Source: Basidiobolus ranarum (lineage: Eukaryota). From it: a stretch of DNA of 20,000 nucleotides. The position numbers and the translations under genes were made by a program. Every line of letters starts with the position of its first letter. The first letter of the stretch is position 1. Below the pieces are notes generated by a model, which was given only the letters and a program-made list of their open reading frames with translations, had not been told where the DNA came from and searched no databases. This document shows positions 9,154 through 20,000 of the stretch, in pieces. The stretch is from positions 57,533 to 77,532 of the forward strand of contig JASJQH010006877.1 of the NCBI GenBank assembly GCA_040143965.1. The letters are read 5' to 3'.

Positions 9154-10128
9154 CTAGTCAGAATGGAATCGGTTATGTAAATGATAGGACGAATTGGAGG
9201 AGTTTCGATGTGACCACATGGTTTTCCAATCGCTTGGTTGAGGCTCATTACCAGCATTCTCTGGCCCTACACATTCTTTATTAGTTATTTCATTACCCTT
9301 TACTGTGATATGATAGCTTCTTAACGTAATGGGAGGTTTCAAGTCAAAATTCTTAGCCTCCAAAATATTCATCAAGTCAGAAACCCGGTTAGCACTTTCG
9401 GGCCAAATATTATCTGGAAAGCAACATAATAACTGTCTTCTGATCTGAAGAAAGCGATTGAGGTACTCGTGTTCGGTGTCATGTCTGCCTGTAAGTTTCA
9501 TGATACTTCGAAGACTAATACCATCATCATTTTCATATCCATGTTGCAATGCAGTATCATAAAAAATCAATTTACCAAGGTTCGAGTTGATACCAGCTTT
9601 TCCAGCCAAGTAAATTGCTGGTCGAAGAATATTCTGATCAGCTACCTCCACTTGAACTTTACGAAATTTCTCATCACAAGCTGCTTTTTTCCATGCATCA
9701 GTAAATCCATATAAATCCGCATTTTTTGGCTCTGAATGACAACGTGTTGTATTGGAAAATTCGTTCAAAGTTGGTAAAAATTTGGCGAATAACTTGGAGT
9801 GTTCTCCTTTTACTTTGAAATATTCCTGGATTACTGTTAATGCTTCTCCTGCTGATGTAGTAAACCCAACAAAACCACAGGTGTAGCCCCTTTTATCGTC
9901 AAGATCTCGACACGATTGATAGTGAAAATTGGTTCTTGAATGTTCGAAAACATTGGATATCACCATGATGGTCTTCTTGACATCCGGTGATAGTGAAGAT
10001 GCAGCGTGAGTAATACCCTTTGAAGGAAGGCACAACTTCATAGCGGCCGTAAAGTCGAACTCAGCGCAGTGTGACGTTGAACTGACATATGGGCCTTTAC
10101 AGTAGGGAAAACTCGGTCTAGTGCTCAT
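9154..10128 (-). CDS. Chitosanase, glycoside hydrolase family 46, 324 aa, no intron in the ORF
   Basis: ISNVFEHS...Y..CRDLDDKRGYTCGFVGFTT..GEAL.VIQEY aligns by eye with Streptomyces N174 GH46 (VSSAENSS...IEDIGDGRGYTGGIIGF), catalytic Glu and Asp present. Also AWKKAA.D.KFR..Q, YDTALQHG and E.EYL..FL..RR. The start codon is uncertain. Confidence 0.88.
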   Translation of the reverse strand: MSTRPSFPYCKGPYVSSTSHCAEFDFTAAMKLCLPSKGITHAASSLSPDVKKTIMVISNVFEHSRTNFHYQSCRDLDDKRGYTCGFVGFTTSAGEALTVIQEYFKVKGEHSKLFAKFLPTLNEFSNTTRCHSEPKNADLYGFTDAWKKAACDEKFRKVQVEVADQNILRPAIYLAGKAGINSNLGKLIFYDTALQHGYENDDGISLRSIMKLTGRHDTEHEYLNRFLQIRRQLLCCFPDNIWPESANRVSDLMNILEAKNFDLKPPITLRSYHITVKGNEITNKECVGPENAGNEPQPSDWKTMWSHRNSSNSSYHLHNRFHSD

Positions 10129-10917
10129 AATTATTTTTCTCTATTCGGGGACAAAGACGAAGTTTATAAAGTCACCAATTCCCTAACAATTGATGACTGA
10201 TGAGATAAGTAATATAGATATTTCAGGTAGGAAGCAAAAGAGTTACCATCAAAATATCAAATTCCGTAATAACAAGTGTCAATAGTCTTTAAATCTATGA
10301 GTATTTGTTGGTCATGCTTGTTTCGTATAGCACCGCCCACTTGTTTCCTTTGCCTCTTATCGCTGTGGCTTACTAATGCTAAGAGTATAACTACTGATTA
10401 TTGAGAAACAAAACCAACCAAAGATGATAGAATTTCCAATGCTAGCTTCAATTAGCTCAGTTTCATAAAGATTTGTGATCAGGGGGGATCGATATACAAT
10501 TAACTAGTTTAGTCAAAGGCGATATCAAAGCTTGAAGCATTTCATCATTTTGACTATCAAGGTTTAGCTTAGTGTTCATGCGATTCTGGCGCCCCAGAAG
10601 TCAACTTGAGACAGCGGCGGTTGTTTCAAATAGCGTACTGTCCACAGCGATCGTACATATTAGTTTTACGTTCTCTCTCAAAGGTTATTACGGTTGAGTG
10701 TAACATTGTTTTAGAACGAACAATCCATGTTGCGATCTAATAAATATGATAAAAAACCAGACAGATGAAGATTTATTTCTGTAAAAGACTTCATGTAGAA
10801 CTAAATCATCAATACCTAAGAAACCATTGATTTGAGGAAAGAAGCCTGCTTCGGTAATTACAAAAACGACGGGGTATTTGAGATATATATTCACATAATA
10901 AATGGTAGTGCATATAC

Positions 10918-11711
10918 TCAATCTTCATCCTCTTCGTCGTCATCATCATCATTTTTGTTCTTTCCTTTATCTTGCTTTGCGCTCTTACCAACACCGATGC
11001 TAAGGTCTACGTTCTTTAGGAGTGAACCCTTGCCATTTATAGTGATGGTAGGTCGTTTCTCGAAAATCGTGACATCGTCCCAACCTTTTTCTGGATACTC
11101 CGGAATTCTTGGATAGCTGGGTAATTGAGCAATTGCTAACTTTGGTCCAGTGATTGAACCACCAGATTTACCTTTGATCGTAACGTCGGCGCAGTTCATA
11201 TAGAAGTCACGATTACCCTCTTTACTTATCCATGTCCAGGCAATTATGGCCTCTCCAGAAGGTGCATTTTTCGGAAGTGGAACATCAAAGTTCAACCCGG
11301 ACTCTAAGCAGTTGCGAAGAACTGTTTTTAGAACTACCCAAGTTTTACTATCATAAGAAATTACGAATTGGCATGTTCCACCTTTGTGGGGAGTTCCCCC
11401 AGCGATTTTGATTCTGATATTTGAGCCGGAAGAGTAACTCGCCACACTGGGCCCCTTGGATGCACCTTGGCAAGGGAATGGTCTCTAAAATACATATCGG
11501 ATTAATATCTTATTTGTAACAGAAGGTTGAATAGATTCTATACCTTGCTACTAAGCGGAGACATAATATCATAGTCGACATCCCCTTTCCTTTCGTAGTA
11601 GGAATTATGAGAGGATCTTCTAGGCGCAGGCTCTACCATCTCCATATGCCCAACAACGAATTGAACCAGAATTAACCCCGAAAAAATGATACAAAGTAAT
11701 TTGAATAGCAT
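10918..11711 (-). CDS. Secreted lytic polysaccharide monooxygenase, AA11 family, 244 aa; exons 11711-11544, 11484-10918
   Basis: Upstream exon missed by the ORF track: MLFKLLCIIFSGLILVQFVVG|HMEMVEPAPR, a signal peptide placing His at +1. A 59-nt intron (11543-11485, GTATAG...TTTTAG) follows, then FPCQG, HKGGTCQFVISYD (second His) and AWTWI..GNRDFYMNCAD (axial Tyr). Lys-rich then acidic tail. Confidence 0.9.
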
Positions 11712-12707
11712 GACTGATGTTGAAAGTCTTTGTGGGAGCGGTGTTTATAAATCTTTTGAAGAAACCCTTTCATCACCTAGCTTGTAATCTAGTGAGTCCT
11801 ATGCTTAGATTGCATATTTATGCGTGAAATGAATGTAATATCTTATAGTAGAGGGAGGTTCACTAATCGCTTCTCCATATTTTTCTCGCATCATCCCTGA
11901 GATAGAGGAACCTCAAGCCAAACCATCGCTTTGTTGTATAATTTCGTTTCATTTCTATTCTAAAAAGATACATTAGGAAGCATAAATGGGTTTCCTTTGG
12001 ATCTCTTTAGCAACGCAGCTACTCCTTTTCTTTACATATTAAGGGCCTGATAACTACACACACACATATGTATATGTTTACAATAACATGCTACTAAAAC
12101 CATTTGATTCTAAATTAGCCTTTATCTCACTTAGAGATCTTGATACGATTATCACTCTCAATAACGGCAGACTCGTGGAAGACAGTTATGCATCAAGAAT
12201 ACTAAATATCACCCACGATGTAGGTAGAGTCAATGCTCATATTCGTCTTTAGAAAATATGAAGATCAAATTTAAATGGACACACCTCATGTTTGCTTCTG
12301 CTGATACCTACATAAGTCTAGCTCGTGTTTGTAACCCCTTAATAAAATTTGATACCACTAGATACATTAAGTAGTGTTATATGCGAAATATCAATACTGC
12401 TTACAACATATGTTACTCATCATAGTAGCTAATTACTATATTGGCCTCGTTAATGTGTTTCCAATTAACCAATATTTTTTTATCAACTCAGTCTGTCAAA
12501 ACTAAAGTATACTATCCAACAAACATATACTAAAATCTTAGTCCTAGACTCCCCGTTGGTACAATAGTGTTCATATCATTTTCCTCATTAAACTTCTGTA
12601 TGCTGATAGATCGTATTATGTTTATCAACTTCATTTATGGATTGTAAATAATATAAAATTTATTTTAAATTTAATATCCTGAATTTTTTAGCTGACTATC
12701 TGTAAAC

Positions 12708-15151
12708 ATGGCCGAACAGAGGCTATATGCAGAGTTAGAGGAGTGTCAGATTGAGTTATCTTGTGTAGAACAAGAGTTGGAAATACTCCAGATTAGAAAA
12801 GAGGAACTTAATGAACGTGTTTCCCTTCTACAACGTGAGATCTCTACTTTAGTGATACAAGATAGTGAAGAAGAACTTATCGTTAGAGAGGAACCTTTGG
12901 AAGAAACGAATATAGAAAGATGGTTTGCCGATTTCCCTTGGTCAACTAAAGCTAATAATATAAGGGATAAGGTGTTTCACATAAAATCTTTTCGTTTAAA
13001 TCAATTGGGTATCATTAATGCTACAAGTGCGAATACTGATGTGTTTGTTCTCATGCCTACTGGTGGAGGTATATTATTTTCATAGAATTTTTACTCTTCC
13101 TAAATATCAGTGTGCTAAATGTTACTTAAATATTCGTATATTAAAGGGAAGTCTTTAACTTTTCAAATCCCTGGTTTATTGGTGGAGGGTTTAACCTTGG
13201 TTATTAGTCCTTTAATATCTTTAATTCATGACCAGATCATGCACCTCAAAAACTTGGGAATCTATGCTGCTTGTCTTACAGCGAAAACGCCCAAAGAACA
13301 AGCGAAAGCCATCATGGCCTCTATGCTGAGCTGTGCCCAGGATGAAAAAGAGGGCACTCAACCACCACTAAAATTTCTGTAAGTAAATATAGGTAAATAA
13401 TATAGAGTTTTATGAACTTAAAAAACCTTCTACTATTTAGTTATGTAACTCCCGAGAAAATCGCCAAAAGTAAAATGTTTGTGAACCAACTTGAGAAACT
13501 TGCTCAGGTAAAAGAACCCATAATTTTCTCAAAATTCGTAGGGGAATTATTTCATTTATTCTTTATATTTTAGCGTGGTTTACTTTTAAGAATAGTCGTC
13601 GATGAAGCTCATTGTTGTAGCGTGTACGGTCATGACTTTAGAACTGACTACGCTAAACTCGGATTGTTACGTAAAGTAATTCCAAAAGTACCTATAATAG
13701 CTGTTACAGCTACTGCAACCGCAGAAATAATCCAAGATGTGAAGAATATACTAGGCTTATCTTCTAAATGTGTCTTATTTCGTTCGCCCGTTGATCGACC
13801 AAATCTTGATTACGAAGTACTTCGTAAGGTTTGTTAATGTAAAAAATGCACAATTCCGATCTAGCATATAACTCTAACCTGTCGTCCATCTAGCCTTCGG
13901 ATAAAAATGAAGTACTCCAGATGATATGTCAAACCATAGGCAAATTCAATGGAGGATGTGGTATTATCTATTGTTTTTCAAAGAAGGAATCCTCAGAATT
14001 GGCCTCTGATTTAATTCAGCAAAAAATTCGAGCTGCGGCCTATCACGCGGATATGGATGAAGAACATAGAAACAGAGTACATATGAGATGGGTGAAAGGT
14101 TCTGTTCAAGGTAATGCTCCTGAGCTTTTAATCAGATTGTTGAACTGCCATTTAACTCTTCCAAGTTATTGTCGCCACCATCGCCTTTGGTTTAGGAATC
14201 TCTCATCCTCACGTACGATTTGTAAAGTATCATTTCACTACAATGAACATGGAGTATTTCAACGAGCTAATCTTTCTAGTGACTTAGGTTATTCACCATT
14301 CAATTCCTAAATCGATGGAGTCTTATTATCAGGAGAGTGGTCGCGCCGGTAGAGATAGTGAGCCAGCAAGTTGCATCCTTCTGTATCGAGTACAAGATGT
14401 ATTCCGACAATCAACCATGGTGTTCAACGAACAATCGGGACAACACAACCTTTATCGATTTGTAGAGTATTGTCAAAATATAGATACCTGCCGACATGTC
14501 TCCATCGCACTTCATTTTGGAGATTCTACACTTAAAAATAGTGAGTGTAATCAACGATGTGATGTTTGCAATCAAAAAGCACTCGGTAAAATCCCCCAAC
14601 AAAAAGATGTTACGGATATCGCTCTCGCCATAATCAATATCTTACTAAAGCTAAGGCAGGAAGGATCTTCTGAGGAGAAGGTCACGTTTTTAAAAGTTTT
14701 GGATTTAGTTCGTGGAGTCGGTATTTCAAAATACCCTACTTTGAAAAACTGGGCCGATAACCCAAAGATATCTATTCGAGCCAGTAAATCTCAAGATGCG
14801 TTTACAAAAGAAAATATAGAAGATGCTACTGTAAAATTACTACTAGACGGCTATTTAAAGGAAATCATGCATTTCACGGCATATTCGACTATTTCGTATT
14901 TAACTGTGAATGTGTCAAGAGCTCGTGGATTTCTTGCTCACTACAACCCCTCTCCAGAAAAGCAATCATCTCGACCAAAATTCTACATTTATCAGATAGA
15001 AGACTGTGGCCACTCAACTGAACCAACACAGGCAAGCACTTCGTCACAAGCTAAGAAGAAACCCAAAGATAAAGACTCCAGGAAAAGGAAGATCGAAATT
15101 GATTTAGATACTCTTGACGAAACCACGGATCCAGAAGTCATTATTTTGTAA
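12708..15151 (+). CDS. RECQL: RECQ1 (RECQL)-type ATP-dependent DNA helicase, about 683 aa; exons 12708-13068, 13147-13378, 13441-13507, 13574-13828, 13894-14110, 14166-14221, 14288-15151
   Basis: Spliced product has MPTGGGKS, SPLISL, YVTPEKIAKSKMF, VDEAHCCS..GHDFR, TATAT, GIIYC, YHA, ATIAFGLGI, YYQESGRAGRD, Zn-binding CR...C...CDVC, and the winged-helix hairpin FTAYSTISYL. It has an N-terminal coiled coil and no HRDC domain. Confidence 0.92.
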
Positions 15152-16694
15152 AGGAGACATTAGTCTGTAGAAGAAACACCATGTCTCCAATGTTAGATGG
15201 TTATTAAGTTACTATATTAAATAGGTGTCTCTATCACGAAACACCATTGAATGATAACGCTTAGTGAATGTTCAATACACCACATATAACACAGAAATGC
15301 ATATTCCACAATAATTCCAATGCATATACGCTACAACCAATGGAATATTAAGATCTGCTCTACCATGCAGAACAATGACCGCTTAGGTTAAGAAGCAATC
15401 ACATCATATATTGTAGCGTTCTTCCTCGGAACCTTAGCATGTCTTTTGCCTATTACCCGATAACCTGAAGTTTTTAATTCTTTCCAATTGGTTATTCGTC
15501 AATAATTCCTGTATAAGCCATATATATCAAATTACGTCATGAATGAAACCAAATTGCTGATATGAATATGATAATATCCCCAAAATGGAACGGAGGGAAC
15601 TAAAAGGGAATATGAACTTCTCTTTCAGCTCAGTATCTAGTCGATCATCCCTTGGACGAGATGTTCTTGCTAGTAGAAGATCTTGGAATTGCTCACTACA
15701 AGGGGTGGATCAGGCCTTGTACTTACGAGATCCGCTCAATGTTACCCAGGAAAAAAATGTAACGGTAAATCAACTGATTCCGTGCATTAGCTGAGAAAGG
15801 GGCCGATCATATCTGGATAGATTTAGCGTGGGCTTAGAGTGTTTCTCTAGGGCTAGCTGCTACTCTTGCACTGTTCCTAACCTCTTTTGTCCCAGCCCAT
15901 CCTATGTCATTGCCGAAATACGCTATCACTAGCAGGTTCGTATTTGTGATATTGAGCCAATAGCTTGTACATTGCCATATTTGGCTATAATAGGCTTAAA
16001 GGTAATCAGCCGTTCAAGAGACGTAAATCAAAGTCGGCCTCCAAATCTTGGCAAGCTGGATGGACGGGTTGGTTGGAGGGACTGGTTGGTATTATCGGTA
16101 TATGACAGAAAAAAGGTGCGGAATTTATAAGACCGCGTTATTTCGCATGAGTCTGTCATACATTAATCAGTCCATTCATTTTTCCTGGTGAAACCTGAAA
16201 TTGTCAGAACAATCAAGTGGGTATTCAGCCCTGATGGGTAGGTGAGTCTAACATATGATGATAAATTCGGCGCATTGATTGATTTGTTATTGATTTGTTC
16301 ACGTTCTTTTCCATCAACGTTACTAATGCCAAGTGTATACAAATTAGTTAGTAGTCTTCTTAGAATTATCCCTAATAAGGAAATCCGTAATTCTACCACA
16401 TATGGTTCTCCACTCAGCAGCCTCAATTGTATAAATAGCTCAAACATTAGAATAAGCATATTCTACAGTAGATATCTTTAGAATATTGATATAGAGCGAT
16501 ATTAAATTTTCTTTCTAGTGCTAAGCCAAGTATTCAAGACCCCTTTAGCCTAGTTAAGATATTATTATTCGTAAGAGCCCAACTTTTACAGTTCATACTC
16601 CTTTCATATCTTCTATCATATTTTCTAAACTCACTCTTGAACTTTACGGTCTCTCGATACCTTCACAGAACCTCTCTTTAATATTTGTTAAGAG

Positions 16695-19600
16695 ATGGGT
16701 AAGATTAGTTTTGGTGGGCGAAAATTCCTACCTTCTCAACGAGAAAAAGCCAAGAAAAGGAGAGTTGAAAAATCCCTCCTACGCTCCCCTTCACGCCATC
16801 GACGAAGTGGAGAGACTCTGCAAGTATATGTAAATATTTTACTACCACCTAATGCGTTGAATAGACACGGCTTCCCTAAGAAACAATACCCGAGTAATCG
16901 CATTCGCACTTCCAAATATACAATATTCAACTTTTTACCTAAAAATCTGTTTGAGCAATTCCGTCGCGTAGCCAATATGTACTTCTTATTTATGGCTATC
17001 TTACAGTTTTTACCTTATGTTGGAGTCAGTAGTCCTTTGTTTTCAGTAATGCCATTGATAACAGTAATTGCTATTACCTCTATCAAAGATGGCATGGAGG
17101 ACTACAAGCGACATAGGATGGATCTCAAATACAATAGCTCCAAGACACAGCTCCTAAGGAACTGGACAAATACGAATCACCCACTTCACGAACCGACTAT
17201 TTGGCAGAGAATCAGTTTTTCAATTTCGGATTTTGTGACAGCTCCACTTTACAAGTACAAGCTATTTGGATTCGTTGAGGACACTCCTCGTAGCGGAGTA
17301 AAAGATGTGACATTTCAAGAGTCAAATCCAGATGTAGCAGAGTTCCGAGAGGCATTGTGGCAAGACATTCGGGTGGGAGATATTGTTTACCTGAAAAACA
17401 ACGAAACATGCCCAGCGGATCTAGTGATTCTTTCCTCTGGCGAGTCAGAGGGTGAATGTTTTATTGAAACCAAAGAACTCGACGGAGAAACTAACCTTAA
17501 AACTAGACTGTCCATAGATGAAACCCTTCATCTTCAAACCCCCGCTGACTTTGCAAATACCAGATTCTATATTGATTCCGATGTGGCCACCTCCAATCTC
17601 CACTCTTATCAAGCCACCATGCATATTTATCAGAACGATGAGTCCGACAAAGATTTAAACCCACTTGGCTCAAGAAAAAGGCCTTCCGCTGTGCCGATTA
17701 GTATTAGTAATACGCTATTGCGAGGTCATGTCATTAGAAACACTAGCTTTGTGATTGGAGTTGCCATTTTTACTGGTGGTGATACTAAAATATTGTTGAA
17801 TTCCGGAGCAACTCCTTCAAAAAGAAGCAAGATCGAAAAGACCATGAATCGCCAGGTACCTTATTTTCATTGACTCGATTGGCAATTCATCGGAGTTTTA
17901 ATAGAGGTTTTCATTTTAGGTTATAGTGAATTTTGTCATTCTGTTAGTACTGTGCCTGGTCTGTGCTTTTGCCAACGGTATTATTGAAGCGCGACAACTG
18001 AATTCCTTCGATGAACCCAACCCTGACTCTCCATTTACGCTTGGGTTTTTTACATTCTGGTAAATACCCTTCTTTCACTAAAAATATCCAGCCAGTATAC
18101 TGATACTCGTATTTAGGTCTAGTTTGATTATATTTCAAAATATTATTCCGATATCGCTCTATGTCAGTGTGGAGTTTGTCAAGACTTGGCAGGTGAGTAT
18201 CAGATGTGTTTCGTCTCTAGTGATGTTGACACTGACTTTATCTTCTCTTACCACTAGGCTTTCTTCATTTTCAATGACCTTAATATGTACCATGAAGCTA
18301 CTCAGGCATCATGTGTGCCCAAATCGGTTAGTTGCTTTTGTGTAAACTATACAGTTGAATTACAATCTCTTACACTACTTCTCTGCAGTGGAATCTATCT
18401 GATGATTTAGGACAGATTGAGTACATCTTCTCGGATAAAACTGGTACTCTAACCCGTAACATAATGGAATTTCGTAAATGTACGATAAATGGGAAAATGT
18501 ATGGAAACATACCTGGTATGGAAACCGATGCTGCTAAAGGAGCTCGAGAACGTCAAGGACTCGGACGTGAGACTATACAAACCACTTCATACGGTCACAA
18601 TCAAATATTTCAACAGTTTGTAAAGGAGATGAAGAGCGTATACGATTCTAAATATGCCTGCCTTAATCCTGAAAAGCTTGCTTTCATTGATCCTCAAGTA
18701 TTTCGAGATCTACGTGTACTAAAGGAGAGTCAGGTCATTGTTCCTGATGAGGTTGAACAAGCGGAAAGAATTCGAGATTTCTTCAGTTTGTTGGCTGTCT
18801 GTCATACGGTAGTCATTGAAAAACCTGACGAGATAATAGCTGGTCAACCACCGTTTGCTTATCGTGCTGAGTCACCTGACGAGAGTGCTTTGGTATCTGC
18901 AGCCAGAGACCTGGGATTTTCGTTTTTGGGTAGAGCAAAGAATGTCATGACTCTGGATGTCCTCGGTGAAGAGATGGATTTCGAATTGCTTCACATTTTG
19001 GAGTTTAATAGTACCCGAAAGAGAATGTCAGTGATTGTACGGCGTCCGGCTCCATGGAATGATTTAGTTATATTGACCAAAGGTGCAGATAATATCATTC
19101 TAGAGAGACTTGCTGAAGGTCAAGATCGCTTGGTTGGTATGACTGCTCAGCACATTGATCAATTTTCCAACGACGGTTAGTAGATTCAGCATTCTTTCTT
19201 CATCATCATAGAACATTGTTAATCATATTCTCTTGTTTAGGCCTGCGTACTCTGTGTCTTGCCTATCGTCCCTTGTCAGAGGAGTTTTATCAGCAATGGG
19301 TGGAGGATTTACAGCAGGCATCAACATCACTTGATAATCGCGATGCTGAGGTGGAGAAATGCTATGAAAGAATTGAATCGGAATTGGTGCTGATTGGTGC
19401 CACAGCCATCGAGGACAAGCTTCAAGAAAATGCACCCGAGTGTATATTGGCTTTGCGTCAAGCAGGAATAAAAATGTGGGTTTTAACTGGAGACAAGATG
19501 CAAACCGCAATTAACATCGGGTTTGCTTGCAATTTGCTAACAAATGACATGGAATTATGGACCATCAAGGGTGAAGACAAGGAAAGTTCGATCAGTGATT

Positions 19601-20000
19601 TTTTCGATGTTGTATCCAGTATTCGTGGGGAAAAAGACAACAGCCATCTTCGACGTACCTCTTATTTCGAATCTCTTCCACCACCCCGACGCTCCCTCAA
19701 TATGAAACGTTCCAATAAGATCCATGCACTAGTGATCGAAGGGAGCGCGCTGAAGTATATCTTGGAGGATACGGAATGTAGAACGCAACTTTTGGAAATT
19801 GCTCCATTGTGCCGTTCGGTGATATGTTGTCGCGTCAGTCCCTTGCAGAAAGCTCAAATCGTTCACATGGTCAAGAAAGGTAGAAAGGCTGTATGTTTAG
19901 CTATTGGTGATGGAGCCAATGCTGTAAGCATGATCCAGGCCGCCGACGTTGGAGTAGAACTCGCAGTTGAAGAAGGTCTACAAGCTGCCGTGGATGCGGA
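16695..20000 (+). CDS. P4-type ATPase phospholipid flippase (Dnf/Drs2 family), 3'-partial; exons 16695-17855, 17920-18059, 18117-18192, 18258-18326, 18389-19175, 19241->20000
   Basis: [58 protein letters not shown] (phospho-Asp), [57 protein letters not shown]. Confidence 0.96.

Noticed and set aside
12056-12077. (AC)n/(AT)n run with near-palindrome ACATATGTATATGT
   Set aside because: Short low-complexity microsatellite-like tract with no further structure.
15585-16100. Slightly GC-richer intergenic stretch with a hairpin (GGGTGGATC/GATCCGCTC), CCTAACC and GGTTCGTAT; considered as telomerase RNA, RNase MRP, tRNA or a small ORF
   Set aside because: The template-like match is only 7 nt, no P4 partner was found, the T-arm does not pair, and the 69-aa ORF has no recognisable features.
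16163-16481. Overlapping ORFs 16163-16459 (-) and 16242-16481 (+)
   Set aside because: Leu/Ile/Ser-rich composition typical of translated AT-rich non-coding DNA.

Overview
AT-rich, gene-dense eukaryotic DNA with short (mostly 55-92 nt) GT-AG introns. It is most consistent with an early-diverging fungus (Zoopagomycota/Mucoromycota-like; inference from gene content). I reconstructed eight spliced genes by hand: type III glutamine synthetase (+), a 295-aa helical orphan with a possible TRFH-like fold (+), a Fic1/Inn1-like C2-domain protein (+), ribosomal protein eL8/RPL7A (+), an intronless GH46 chitosanase (-), a secreted AA11 LPMO (-), a RECQ1-type helicase (+) and a P4-ATPase flippase running off the right edge (+). 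The most striking non-coding feature is the 295-nt second intron of eL8. It folds into a nested multi-helix structure that pairs the real 5' splice site, displays a consensus GTGAGT donor in a hairpin loop, and contains a candidate 83-nt poison exon carrying a kink-turn-like motif. This suggests autoregulation by eL8, itself an L7Ae-family protein. All family calls are by motif recognition; no database searches or folding programs were run.
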